From NCBI RefSeq assembly GCF_001194135.2, contig NC_068981.1, positions 70,968,962 through 71,005,817 of the forward strand: 36,856 nucleotides of DNA, read 5' to 3'. The notes beneath the pieces were generated by a model. It was not told the DNA's origin. It ran no database searches and worked only from the letters and a program-made list of their open reading frames with translations. Positions 22,491 to 34,320 of this stretch are shown piece after piece (the first letter of the stretch is position 1; every line of letters starts with the position of its first letter). The position numbers were made by a program, and so were the translations under genes. The DNA is from Octopus bimaculoides. Taxonomy: Eukaryota.

Positions 22491-23458
22491 ATATATATAT
22501 ATATATATANNNNNNNNNNNNNNNNNNNNNNNNNNNNNNNNNNNNNNNNNNNNNNNNNNNNNNNNNNNNNNNNNNNNNNNNNNNNNNNNNNNNNNNNNNN
22601 NNNNNNNNNNNNNNNNNNNNNNNNNNNNNNNNNNNNNNNNNNNNNNNNNNNNNNNNNNNNNNNNNNNNNNNNNNNNNNNNNNNNNNNNNNNNNNNNNNNN
22701 NNNNNNNNNNNNNNNNNNNNNNNNNNNNNNNNNNNNNNNNNNNNNNNNNNNNNNNNNNNNNNNNNNNNNNNNNNNNNNNNNNNNNNNNNNNNNNNNNNNN
22801 NNNNNNNNNNNNNNNNNNNNNNNNNNNNNNNNNNNNNNNNNNNNNNNNNNNNNNNNNNNNNNNNNNNNNNNNNNNNNNNNNNNNNNNNNNNNNNNNNNNN
22901 NNNNNNNNNNNNNNNNNNNNNNNNNNNNNNNNNNNNNNNNNNNNNNNNNNNNNNNNNNNNNNNNNNNNNNNNNNNNNNNNNNNNNNNNNNNNNNNNNNNN
23001 NNNNNNNNNNNNNNNNNNNNNNNNNNNNNNNNNNNNNNNNNNNNNNNNNNNNNNNNNNNNNNNNNNNNNNNNNNNNNNNNNNNNNNNNNNNNNNNNNNNN
23101 NNNNNNNNNNNNNNNNNNNNNNNNNNNNNNNNNNNNNNNNNNNNNNNNNNNNNNNNNNNNNNNNNNNNNNNNNNNNNNNNNNNNNNNNNNNNNNNNNNNN
23201 NNNNNNNNNNNNNNNNNNNNNNNNNNNNNNNNNNNNNNNNNNNNNNNNNNNNNNNNNNNNNNNNNNNNNNNNNNNNNNNNNNNNNNNNNNNNNNNNNNNN
23301 NNNNNNNNNNNNNNNNNNNNNNNNNNNNNNNNNNNNNNNNNNNNNNNNNNNNNNNNNNNNNNNNNNNNNNNNNNNNNNNNNNNNNNNNNNNNNNNNNNNN
23401 NNNNNNNNNNNNNNNNNNNNNNNNNNNNNNNNNNNNNNNNNNNNNNNNNNNNNNNNNN

Positions 23459-23522
<64 letters not shown>
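23459..23522. repeat. (TA)n-(TG)n microsatellite at gap edge
   Basis: Read directly; the (AT)n at 22490-22509 borders the other side of the gap. Confidence 0.95.
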
Positions 23523-23523
<1 letters not shown>

Positions 23524-23559
23524 TTATGTCTATGTTTGTTCCCCTACCGTCGCTTTGAA

Positions 23560-23735
23560 ACCTATGTTGGTGTGCTTATGTCCCCGTAATGTGGCGGTTC
23601 GACAGAAGATATTGATAGAATAAGCGCCAGGATGACAAAGGATAAGTACAGGGGTCAATTTTTCCAACTAAAAGGCAGTACTGCAGCATGGCCATACTCA
23701 AATGACTGAAACACGTGACAGTGTAAAAGAGTAAG
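23560..23735 (+). mobile_element. family-B SINE 3' half
   Basis: tgttggtgtgcttatgtccccgtaa...gatagaataag...cagcatggcc...aaatgactgaaac is homologous to 23910-24095 and 33885-34060. Confidence 0.8.
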
Positions 23736-23817
23736 ATATATACATATGTGTGTGGGGGGGAGAGTATGTGTGTGCATATATATATGTGTGTGTGTGCGTG
23801 TGTGTGTATATGGATAG

Positions 23818-24095
23818 ACTCAGGCCAACCACAAAGCCTTGTGATTGGACTTCGTACACGGAAACTGAAAGAAGACTGTTGTATGTATGTGTATGTGTGT
23901 GTGTGTACCCCCATCATTGCTTGGCAACCGATGTTGCTATGTTTACGTTCCCATAACTTAACGATTTGGCAAAATATACTAATAGAATAAGTACTAAGCT
24001 AACAAATAATAAATCCCTTGGTCGATTTGGTCAACCATTGGTGGTCCTCCAGCATAGCTGCATCTACATGACTGAAACAAGAAAACCAATAAAAA
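23818..24095 (+). mobile_element. family-B SINE, 5'-truncated, with internal (TG/TATG) microsatellite
   Basis: aaagccttgtga...ggaaactgaaagaag, then a microsatellite, then catcattgcttggcaaccgatgttg...atgactgaaacaag. The order is the same as in 33655-34060. Confidence 0.8.
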
Positions 24096-25633
24096 TATTC
24101 TACCATTTTTATCCCGAGCAATGCCGGTTATCTTTGCTAATAGTATATATAGTTTACAAATATTTTAAATCCACATTTCGTGAAGTTTTCAGAGACGTTT
24201 TTACTATTATTAAACAAAAGGTATTCACGTGATTTGAGTTAGAGAAACCACAACCACTCTTGTGTTAAGCAATATGAAAATGGCGCTGATCACTTTATAA
24301 AAAACGTGTTAATATATATTTGTATATTACAGCTGACCTTCTGAAGTAACACGTACGAGATGCCTAAAATTTCTCGAAGTAAACTATCCAAATAAATAAC
24401 AAAACTAGCAGAAAACATCCACAAACAGCGCTTGAAACTAGACATTTAAATGATCTCATGATGTGGATGTTAAGCAATAGTATTAGGATTGTCTCTGACC
24501 CTATATAAAACTTTCAATAGAAACATTTGCAGAAAACAATCTCTCTGTATGTTGATATGGTACTTTTATAAAAGACAAGTGATTATATAGCAGAAGTCAC
24601 AACATAATCACTAATATACTTCATTATTTCTTTGTTGGAAATCTGTCTTATCAAAGCACAAATAAATCTTATGGAGCAGAATGCAGACACCCAGTTATCA
24701 GAAAATATGTAAACACATTGCTAGCTTAAGTATTTTGTATAATCTGTACACAGGCTGTCTCAATAAATTTTCCCAATTCCATTGAGAGAATTACCAATGG
24801 AAATATCAACAAAACTCAAAACAAGCAGAATAAGTGACAACAATTTGTCCTGATATAGTAACGTTACTCTATAGCACAAAAAACCTTCATATGTGTTATT
24901 AAAACGTAAGAAAAACACACTTCAATACCAAACCTTGATGGTCTGACAACTTCTATGTAATGCAATGAAATCTCTAGGTACTGACTTTTGACGGTTGTGT
25001 GTACAATAAGATGAGCAAACAAGAGGATATTCGTCATCGTTTTCGTCGTCGTCGTCAGCTTTACAATATCCCAGAATTCATTTTCAATATCAGAATCGAT
25101 ATCAATTCGCTCTATACTTATTTTTATTAAACATGGAATGTATTCTATCTGACACTTTGTCAGATTTCTAGGTTACGTGAACGTAAAAAATGATTCAAAA
25201 CCAGTTCTCAAGCGGCGGTGGGAGACAAACAAACAAACACATGGTACACGATCCTAGTATGAATCATAGATATCTACACATACCGAGAAAAGAGAATTAA
25301 GACCATTCTTACAGCCTAAGAATATCGTAGATAGTAACATCACTCAGACAGCATATGGAAAACAACAGCAGCAAACTCAAATACATTGGTATAGTGCTCA
25401 AATGGGTGGACACCATTTTAGGAGGTGAGTTTAAATTCTTCAAACCTCACAAGATTCCCTATACGAACTTAAAACTTCGGAAATGAACTTCTGCAACAAA
25501 GATTTAAAAGAGATTCATTCTGCATACACTAAACATTATCCGGAATCTTGAAAACAATGCGTTCACAAGGAATGCAATCTATTTTAGATACTATATTGTT
25601 ACACTCTGTTACAATTCAAAATATATACTTGCG

Positions 25634-25650
25634 TGACAGAGAGAGAAAGT

Positions 25651-25710
<60 letters not shown>
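25634..25710. repeat. (AG)n microsatellite
   Basis: Read directly. Confidence 0.95.
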
Positions 25711-25711
<1 letters not shown>

Positions 25712-25969
25712 TATATGTGGGGTGTAAATGTATGTGTAGTGTAATAGGAGAAATAGAACTCAATACAATCGAGTATATAATTTTTTCTGTCGGTCGCAGA
25801 GTTACATAAATGACTCGATTCCCGCAGTTTCTTAACGAGAAAGAGAGTAATGACTTTATCCAAGATTTGGACAAAACATGTCAAATATTCCAAATATCTT
25901 CAAATATGATCAACCGCTGTCTGAAATGTCATTATGGTTTTTTTTCCGCCAGTGTAGTTCGTATTTTAG

Positions 25970-26349
25970 CTAAAACAATACGCAGGGTCCGTTAGGTGGA
26001 CTACATGAGATAAATATATAAACTCTTTTGTTGTTGAATAAATGATCCTTATATTCAATACAATCAATATTGGCGAAACATTCTTATCAGATTACAAATT
26101 ATTATATACATACATATATATATGTATCCAAGTAAAGAAGTTGTAAGGTTCAAAGCAGTAATTCTTAAGGTCTTCTTTGCCGCTTATTTCGAGTGAAATG
26201 TTCACAACCCTCATGTACCTAAAACAATATGCAGGGTCATCCGTTGGATGGACTAAAAGAGATAAATATAAATTATTTTGTTGCTGGATATATGATATTA
26301 TATTCACTAAAATAAATATTGGTGAAACATTTTCATCAAATTTCAAATT
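25970..26349 (+). repeat. diverged 131-bp direct repeat pair (25970-26100 and 26219-26349)
   Basis: Both start ctaaaacaata(c/t)gcagggtc and end aaatattgg(c/t)gaaacatt...caaatt; offset 249 bp. Confidence 0.8.
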
Positions 26350-26707
26350 ATCATTTCCTTTACCTCTTGGTGGAAACAGCCACCTTACATTTTATGATTT
26401 AGTTAATCTCTGTAGAGCACAGAGATGCATTTGACGCATGCAATAGCTTTCAGTTTCAATTACAGCCTATTCGCTTGTGATGAAAATGACCGAGAATATT
26501 TCGGTCTACTTATACAAACACTAAGATGGTAGTAATTATTTGATAAATCAAAATTTTAAAATCCATCTACTTGAGAGCACCTGTTCTGCACTACTGGATT
26601 TCCAGTAATTTTCTTGATCAGTCTCGTCTGCGTCGGTTTAATCACCGACAACCCGACCATGTATACACACACATATTCATGTATGTATGCATATATATAT
26701 ACATACG

Positions 26708-26740
<33 letters not shown>

Positions 26741-26963
26741 ATATATAATATTATTAGGGATAAAAATCCAAAATTAAAATCAATTTATTAAAAATTAAAA
26801 TTAAATTAAGTTTCACAGTATTAAATATATATAAATATATAGTTTTAACGAAAAGAACCAAGGTTCATGAAGTCATCGATGAAAATCCTCTGTCATATAT
26901 AGAAAAATTAATAAGTAAAAACACAACGTGTAGTCGTTTTATTATTTTTATCTTATGATATTT

Positions 26964-26999
<36 letters not shown>

Positions 27000-28655
27000 G
27001 ATATACACACAGATGTACATGCACACTGGTAAGCTAACCAATGAAATTATCTGGCTTTTACTGTAGCCTTAAATTAGTACTTGATCATAAACTAATTTTT
27101 GTCAATAGATTCTCTGAAGCAAGATATTACTACGAGTATTTATTGATCAACACTGAAGAAGATAATTACATTTAACAGCTTGACCTCTTTAACATAAAAC
27201 TATCCATTAATGTGTTATCAGCCCTACCAATTTTAGCGGGAAGAAAACAGTCGTTTAAATCACATCCGTTGCTGACTTGTGTTATTCTATCAAGCTCAAA
27301 TGCGATCAATGGTAAAGCTAATCTCGGAACATAGTCATAACAGAAAAATCGTTAAGTACTCAGTCAGACACTTCATGATTAAACCAGTTCACCGCCATTA
27401 GATCATCGATTCCGTAGTATGCTATGAGCAAATGTTTCCTGATTTTAAATGAACAAATGAGCGAACAAAACACATTAACTCTATATTTGAAAAAGCATTT
27501 TTCATATTTGTCTATCAGAACATAATTTGAGAAAGTAAAAATTAAATAGTGTCTACAAGTCCAAGAAATATGCTTAATGAAAATTCAATTCGTAAAATTA
27601 AAGTGACTTGATTATTTTTTTTTAAAAAAGACAATTAAAACGTAAACTAATTTAGTATTTATAAACTTTTAAAACATTATTTTATTATAAGCCAGCTGTT
27701 AGACACAGTAACAATAGATTCTTCAATAAGAAAACAAATTACAGAATTTTTTTAAGACAAGGTGAAATATTTGATGATAATACTTGTTTTTCACATAAAT
27801 TCTAAATTCACATACACCCACACACATATGTATCATATACATAATAGTCGTTGTTCTAGTTTGCTCTATTTATCATAGAGACAGAGAGAGGCAGAGAGAG
27901 ACAGAGAAACAGACAGACAGAGACAAGAAGACAGAGAGTGATGGAGAGAGAAAAGAAAAGGAGTACGACAGACATAGTTAAAGAATGACTTGAAGGAAGA
28001 GAAAGTTGGTAGTAAAAAATTTATTATAGTTCTTAAATACAATTACAAGGTAAATTTGCTTGGCGCTTATTGTAAATAAGTGGTTAGAGCTACTGTAATT
28101 TCTCACGTGGAGTACTTTGTAATTAAACATTTTCCTAAACTCATTATTCCATTTTAGTACCAGTCAATTACTGCATTAATAGGAATAAAATTCCTAATTT
28201 GTCAAACGGCACATCATTAATTGAACACTTTTCTAAGATGTACAGCAGTGCATTAATTGGAAGGACTTAAATTTAAATATTATAAAACAGCACCGTGGAT
28301 GTAACAAGAATGTAAACACATTCACTGTACGTTGTTGATGCACGGCAAAGGAAATGGGTGTCTAACTAGTGACGTGCAGTCAAGAAGGTAATATATGCAA
28401 ATTAGGCTATTCACTAACGTGTCAGCCTGATTTATATCTGCTTTATATAGTAGATATTCTGTGCCACTAAATGAGAAGGGATTCGGGAACATCTCTTTGG
28501 AGCGTTCAACAATGAAATGGTTTGTCAGGAGACATTTTTTTTTTTTTTGCATTTCAATAGGATAGGAGAAATTGTGTTTCTTTTGTTATGACATCCATAG
28601 TGAGACTTGTCAACATCTAATTTTATTTCAGTTCGTCTGATTCATGTTGTATTGT

Positions 28656-28710
28656 CCATCCATCCGTCCATCCATCCGTCCATCCATCCATCCATCCATA
28701 CATACATACA
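28656..28710. repeat. (CCAT)n-(CATA)n microsatellite
   Basis: Read directly. Confidence 0.9.
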
Positions 28711-29091
28711 TGATGGCCGTCCACTCGTGACCGAGGAAGACCATTGCCGACCTTCAGGAACATTCTGCGCTCTAGTACTAACTTACATTTTGCATTTACG
28801 GCTCCGTTGGTGGCTAGTGAGCCCTACTCTTGACAAGCATACACGACTGCAAACATTTACAAATGTGCTAGCCTAATTTATGGCTACTTTAGGTAGCAGC
28901 TGACAAACAATATTCATTGGTGAAGGAATCCGAGTAGTCTTTCGAGAAGAGTAGTCAACAACCTGTGAAATTATTTGTCTAGAAATTCCTCCCCTCTCGC
29001 TTTCTTTCTCCCTCACACACATTTCATGTATATCATTGTACATGTAAAAGGCTTTTACATCCATATTGAGACTTTCTAATAATTAAATATG

Positions 29092-29131
<40 letters not shown>

Positions 29132-29264
29132 TGTTGTGTCGGGGGAGAGTCATTCTCTTTTAGTGCCTTATAATTTAACACACCGGTAAAATTTCCACTT
29201 ATTTCTTTTTGATTTTTCTAAAGTTTTCGTTGTGTCTTGCAACCTTTTCAATAGTTTTGACTCT

Positions 29265-29352
29265 TTAAGAGCGCGGGTTACTAACCCCAAGATTCCGAGT
29301 TCGATTCCAGGCAGTAATATGAATAATAAGAAGCACAATAATTATAATAATG

Positions 29353-29409
<57 letters not shown>

Positions 29410-29579
29410 TCGAAAAATACCTTAGAAATGAGAATCCAGGTTCGAAATTTCCACCAAGACACCTGATGAAGGCTGGAGGATATATCAGCCGAAACGTTGT
29501 GCTAACAACAAACAAGATGAGGACAAATATCTGTCGAATGTAAATAATGTACATAATTCCTCAACTCTTAACTATAGAA
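29265..29579 (+). mobile_element. Penelope-type terminal repeat: tRNA-like half + (AAT)n + hammerhead-containing tail
   Basis: tRNA-like 3' half with B box gttcgattc (29299-29307), then (AAT)n (about 29340-29406), then a body homologous to 15545-15895 and 36035-36200. Confidence 0.85.
29459..29502 (+). ncRNA. minimal type I hammerhead ribozyme motif (stem I reduced to 3 bp)
   Basis: ACAC-CTGATGA(29463-29469)-A-GGCTG/CAGCC stem II (29471-29490)-GAAA(29491-29494)-CG-TT-GTGC. The CG palindromic mini stem III matches the dimer-type Penelope hammerheads. Confidence 0.7.
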
Positions 29580-30565
29580 AATTGAATATTTCCTTCTAAA
29601 CAGTTCTAAGTTTGTTTTTTTTCCTTTTCAGTATCAGAACTATGACAAGTAAATGTCGAAAGGAAATGAGCTCTTATGATAAATAATGTTCAAATAATGG
29701 AATGTGTTTCAAATCATGACGAAGAAGTGACGTTTAAATTAGCTGATATAATAAAAGAAGTTATGTTGAGAAGTAGGTGGAAATAGAGAATGAGAAAATG
29801 TTTGTGCAAGATGCTGTGAACCCCGTGGGTGGTGTTGTGAGTTGTGTGCAAGTTGAACGATGTGAGATGAAATAAATTGTGTGGTATAGTAATATAAAGT
29901 TGAAATAGCAAAAGCTAAGCGTATAATGTAACTGATAAAGAAGACAGCAGTACAAAGGGGCAAAATTACATGCAGACAAAACGACGTCAAATCTCATACA
30001 CAAACACGACGACGATGGTGGGAAGGAATTCACCGCCAGATGTAATAAGAACAAAGAACAAATAACAGTTTCAAGGAAAACAATAAGTGTAAGGAACTAA
30101 TACACTATGAAGAACTGACATTGTCAGGAGCGGCTAGAATTGTACAACGTGAATTGTTGAGCAGAAATGATGTTGAAGAGTATATTAAACTAGAACTTCA
30201 GGCAAATGCACAATCATCTGTAGTTATTCTGTAAACTTCCATTTTAACATGAACAGCTATCCAATAAATTACATTTTTTGTTACTTAACGAGATTAATTG
30301 GAGTCACCAGATTTTGTTTTAAACCATCACTTGATAACATTTCAGATTAGAGTTAGCCATATGACAAACCGTCTCTATTATAATCGAAAGTTTAGTCATA
30401 AAATGTTTGCACAATATTGATATATCTGTGAAGATTAGGAAATGTAAAATTAATAAAACCAGGAGTGTTAAGAGCTTCGCTTAACTGCCCACTTTCAGAA
30501 ACTTAATGCATAAGCACTGTAAGTATTAGCAGGTCTCCACTTCATTCTAGAAATACAAGTCCATA

Positions 30566-30586
30566 TACATACATACATACATACGT

Positions 30587-30617
<31 letters not shown>

Positions 30618-30629
30618 TACATACATACA

Positions 30630-30665
<36 letters not shown>

Positions 30666-30678
30666 CATATATATATAT
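30566..30678. repeat. (CATA)n/(CA)n/(TA)n compound microsatellite
   Basis: Read directly. Confidence 0.95.
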
Positions 30679-30857
30679 AAGCAAACTTAGAAGCGCCGAG
30701 TGAAAATAAAGTAAATCTTGAAAGCGGATTAGCTGTGAAAACAGCATGGAAGGTTAGGTAAATACTCTTTAGAAGATGGAAGAAAATGACCGGTATCTGA
30801 GAGGTACAGGGTTCGATTCTCTCTAACCACCAGCTGATCACATTTATTTATTTTCTA

Positions 30858-31084
30858 AAGAGTCAGTCTCCCACGTATACCAGCCTCCCTTCTGCATGCC
30901 ACCTACGTTATCCAAGGCAAAGACCCATACAGCTTGGCATCAGTGACGTCACAACTCATTTTTATAGCTGATTGAACTGGAGCAAGATGAAATAAAGTGC
31001 CTCGGTCAAGAACACATGTTTTGGGAATCGAACTCACTACCTCATGATTGTGAGCCCGATGCTGTAACCACTGAGTCAAACGCA
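30858..31084 (-). mobile_element. tRNA-derived SINE (family C, CORE-like centre)
   Basis: The minus strand has ctcagtggttacagc (A-box-like), gagttcgattccc (B box; plus 31023-31035) and gcactttatttcatcttgctccagttcaatcagctataaaaatgagt. The tail is homologous to 36335-36430. Confidence 0.85.
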
Positions 31085-31380
31085 GGTAGAGACGTAAATG
31101 TAAGGATAAGCAAGTTAGGCAGGTATATACAAAATATATTAAATGCATAAAATACTAAAATTGTATGTATGTTTGCATACAAAATGGTCCGACATACAGA
31201 ATTGAAATATCAAGAATTAAAAGGGTTGAAGAAAAGTAGTGCAAATCTAAGAACTGTTTCTGGGGGCTCGGTGATCCAAAATAATGTTTGCAGATTGATT
31301 CCATCGTCGGATGAGACGAGCCTCTATCTTCAGAGAAGAGACCTTACATTTGAGGTGTTGACAGAAAGAAGTTCAAACAT

Positions 31381-31397
31381 ATATATATATGTGTGTG

Positions 31398-31436
<39 letters not shown>
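31381..31436. repeat. (TA)n-(TG)n microsatellite
   Basis: Read directly. Confidence 0.95.
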
Positions 31437-31445
<9 letters not shown>

Positions 31446-32420
31446 TGTAGCAATTATTCGGTTGCCATAATAAAACTCCGAGTTTCGGATGTCTGGGCGG
31501 AAATCTGCTCCGGCATCTCGCGTGAAACAGATGCATGCATACCCATACACACACATATATGTATACATATATATGCAACCATACACATGTNNNNNNNNNN
31601 NNNNNNNNNNNNNNNNNNNNNNNNNNNNNNNNNNNNNNNNNNNNNNNNNNNNNNNNNNNNNNNNNNNNNNNNNNNNNNNNNNNNNNNNNNNNNNNNNNNN
31701 NNNNNNNNNNNNNNNNNNNNNNNNNNNNNNNNNNNNNNNNNNNNNNNNNNNNNNNNNNNNNNNNNNNNNNNNNNNNNNNNNNNNNNNNNNNNNNNNNNNN
31801 NNNNNNNNNNNNNNNNNNNNNNNNNNNNNNNNNNNNNNNNNNNNNNNNNNNNNNNNNNNNNNNNNNNNNNNNNNNNNNNNNNNNNNNNNNNNNNNNNNNN
31901 NNNNNNNNNNNNNNNNNNNNNNNNNNNNNNNNNNNNNNNNNNNNNNNNNNNNNNNNNNNNNNNNNNNNNNNNNNNNNNNNNNNNNNNNNNNNNNNNNNNN
32001 NNNNNNNNNNNNNNNNNNNNNNNNNNNNNNNNNNNNNNNNNNNNNNNNNNNNNNNNNNNNNNNNNNNNNNNNNNNNNNNNNNNNNNNNNNNNNNNNNNNN
32101 NNNNNNNNNNNNNNNNNNNNNNNNNNNNNNNNNNNNNNNNNNNNNNNNNNNNNNNNNNNNNNNNNNNNNNNNNNNNNNNNNNNNNNNNNNNNNNNNNNNN
32201 NNNNNNNNNNNNNNNNNNNNNNNNNNNNNNNNNNNNNNNNNNNNNNNNNNNNNNNNNNNNNNNNNNNNNNNNNNNNNNNNNNNNNNNNNNNNNNNNNNNN
32301 NNNNNNNNNNNNNNNNNNNNNNNNNNNNNNNNNNNNNNNNNNNNNNNNNNNNNNNNNNNNNNNNNNNNNNNNNNNNNNNNNNNNNNNNNNNNNNNNNNNN
32401 NNNNNNNNNNNNNNNNNNNN

Positions 32421-32605
32421 TCCCTCTCGTCGTGATCTGTAGCACGATCTACGATGAGAAAGCTAATTCTTGGCAAAACTTATATATCTTTTTCCAGTGA
32501 AATTATTCACTGATATCGAAAAAGTGAAAACAAGCAATGTTAATTCTCTAAACGAGGTATTAGCTTTCGCATCGTAGATCGTGCTACAGATCACGACGAG
32601 AGGGA
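32421..32605. repeat. 47-bp inverted repeat (32421-32467 / 32559-32605, 46 of 47 identical)
   Basis: tccctctcgtcgtgatctgtagcacgatctacgatgagaaagctaat against its reverse complement, with one t/g mismatch. The left arm begins at the gap edge. Confidence 0.95.
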
Positions 32606-32739
32606 TAACTTCCCTTGGCAAAACAAAAACAGACAGGACACAGAAGTGTGTCGATAAGCCAGCTGGAGGAGATGTCCTCCTGGGGCTAAAAGCAACAGTA
32701 ACATCCACCCCTAGGGGTCAGCCACATTTAAGTGGCAAT

Positions 32740-32842
32740 ATACTTCACTTTATCGTGCAGTTACTGTTAATACCTCGTTTAGAGAATTAACATACTTCAC
32801 GTTGTTGTGCAGCTACTGTTTATACCTCGTTCAGAGGTTAAT
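32740..32842. repeat. 52-bp tandem duplication (2 diverged copies)
   Basis: atacttcac......gtgcag(t/c)tactgtt(a/t)atacctcgtt(t/c)agag at 32740 and 32792. Confidence 0.85.
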
Positions 32843-33654
32843 GATATGTGTGTGTGTGTGGGGGNNNNNNNNNNNNNNNNNNNNNNNNNNNNGGGGGGGG
32901 GGGTGCGTGTGTGTGTGTGTATAAACGCGCTGAGAGAAAGTTAGGAGGAGTAAGATGGGTTGGTTCGGCATTTCTGATAAGAGAAAGAATAAGTAAAAAT
33001 GTTCTGGTAGTCCAACAAATACGAGTGGTGTTCATACACGTTTCGCCACAAGAATGATAAAATCTTCTATGCTCCTTTTTTTTTATTTTGTGGATGGTGG
33101 GGGGATATCTCTGTAATGCCTAAAAAACATTCTAAGCCGCTAAAACTTTCAACGGACTCTACGAAATTACATAAATTCTTTTTGAGCATCACTATAGCTA
33201 GTTGACCGAGTCAAGACATTATTTATCCTAACTAATAATCAAGGCACCCAAAGCATACAGGGACAGCATAGCATTATTGAATGTTATAAGTGATTTTCAC
33301 TGCTTAATTGGATTTGTTGCAGTGTAAATAATATTTTTAAACATAAATTGCTTCAGGTATGTCAATATCGTAGCAGCCAGTTTAGTAGATACAGCAACCA
33401 AGCAAACTCATACTAACTGAAAAAAATGTTACAGTGAAATGGCAGCATTTGGTTTCATTTGATATTGCATGAAGCTGCATAATCATTGTATATATATATG
33501 TTCCAGCATGACAAGTTATTCATCTAATCTACCGGTTATTGAAACTATCTTAATTCTATAATAAATATGATGTCAATATATTCAATCCGTAATCATTTTC
33601 TCTTATACTCTGCGACTGATGAATATTTCTTAGATTTTCAGTCTGCATGGAATA

Positions 33655-34060
33655 ATGTGGAATTACTTGGTCATATCCCCCCGACACATGGTTCTGCATT
33701 CAGTCCCACTTCGTGGAACCTTAGACAAGAGTCTTCTACTATAGCCCCAGCCGACCAAAACCTTATAAGTAGATAACTGAAAGAAACTGAAACCCGTCTC
33801 ATGTATATATNNNNNNNNNNTCTCTCTCTCTCTCTCTCACGCATATAGATATCAAAGCGTCTCATATATAAGTGCGTATTTGAGTCTGTGTTTGTCCTCC
33901 ATCACCGCTTGACACCGAGTGTTAGTTCGTTTACGTCCCCATTATCTAGAAGTTCCACAAAAGAAACCTATACAATAATTGTGGTCGATTTGTTGTACTA
34001 AAATCGTCAAAGAAGTAACTCAGCGTTACCGCAATCTTAATGACTGAAACAAGTAAAAGA
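33655..34060 (+). mobile_element. family-B tRNA-derived SINE, near full length, with internal microsatellite and small gap
   Basis: acatggttctgcattcagtcccacttcgtggaaccttagacaagagtcttctactatagcc head, then a (TA)/(TC) microsatellite, then atgactgaaacaagtaaaaga tail shared with the 23560 and 23818 copies. Confidence 0.8.
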
Positions 34061-34121
34061 TGTATATACACGTACGTATTGATCATATGGATGTGAAAAT
34101 GTAATATTCCGTTTTGTTAAT

Positions 34122-34320
34122 GCGGTGAGCTGGCAGTATCGCTAGTACAAAGCGCAAAATGCGTAGCAGCATTTCGTCCGTCTTTACAGTCCGAGTCCAA
34201 ATTCCGCCGAGATCAACTTTGGTTTTCATACTTTCGAAGTTGAGCACGGGGGCCGATGTAATCGACTTTAATCCCTCCCCTAAAATTGCTGGCCTTGAGA
34301 CAAAATTTGAAACCAATATG
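34122..34320 (+). mobile_element. family-A tRNA-derived SINE
   Basis: gcggtgagctggcagtatcgctag (A box) ... gagtccaaattccgccgag (B box) ... gatgtaatcgact...aaaattgctggccttg. Confidence 0.88.

Noticed and set aside
24400-25110. Acidic minus-strand peptide pieces (IDIDSDIENEF, DDDENDDEY) suggesting a decayed DNA transposon
   Set aside because: No catalytic motif or termini could be recognised.
26750-26960. Possible further Penelope terminus with a decayed hammerhead on the minus strand
   Set aside because: Both core boxes are mutated and stem II is not recoverable.
29265-29315. Functional tRNA gene
   Set aside because: Only the 3' half is present, the anticodon stem is mismatched and there is no acceptor stem; it is a TE-borne tRNA-like segment.
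30060-30180. Very old Dong/R4 C-terminus (LSGAARIVQREL)
   Set aside because: One short motif only; too degenerate to call.
33323-33365. Isolated consensus splice signals (CAG|GTATGT near 33358 and 35543, AAG|GTAATA near 28386, acceptor near 29630)
   Set aside because: No open, phase-compatible exon chain; numbers are consistent with chance.
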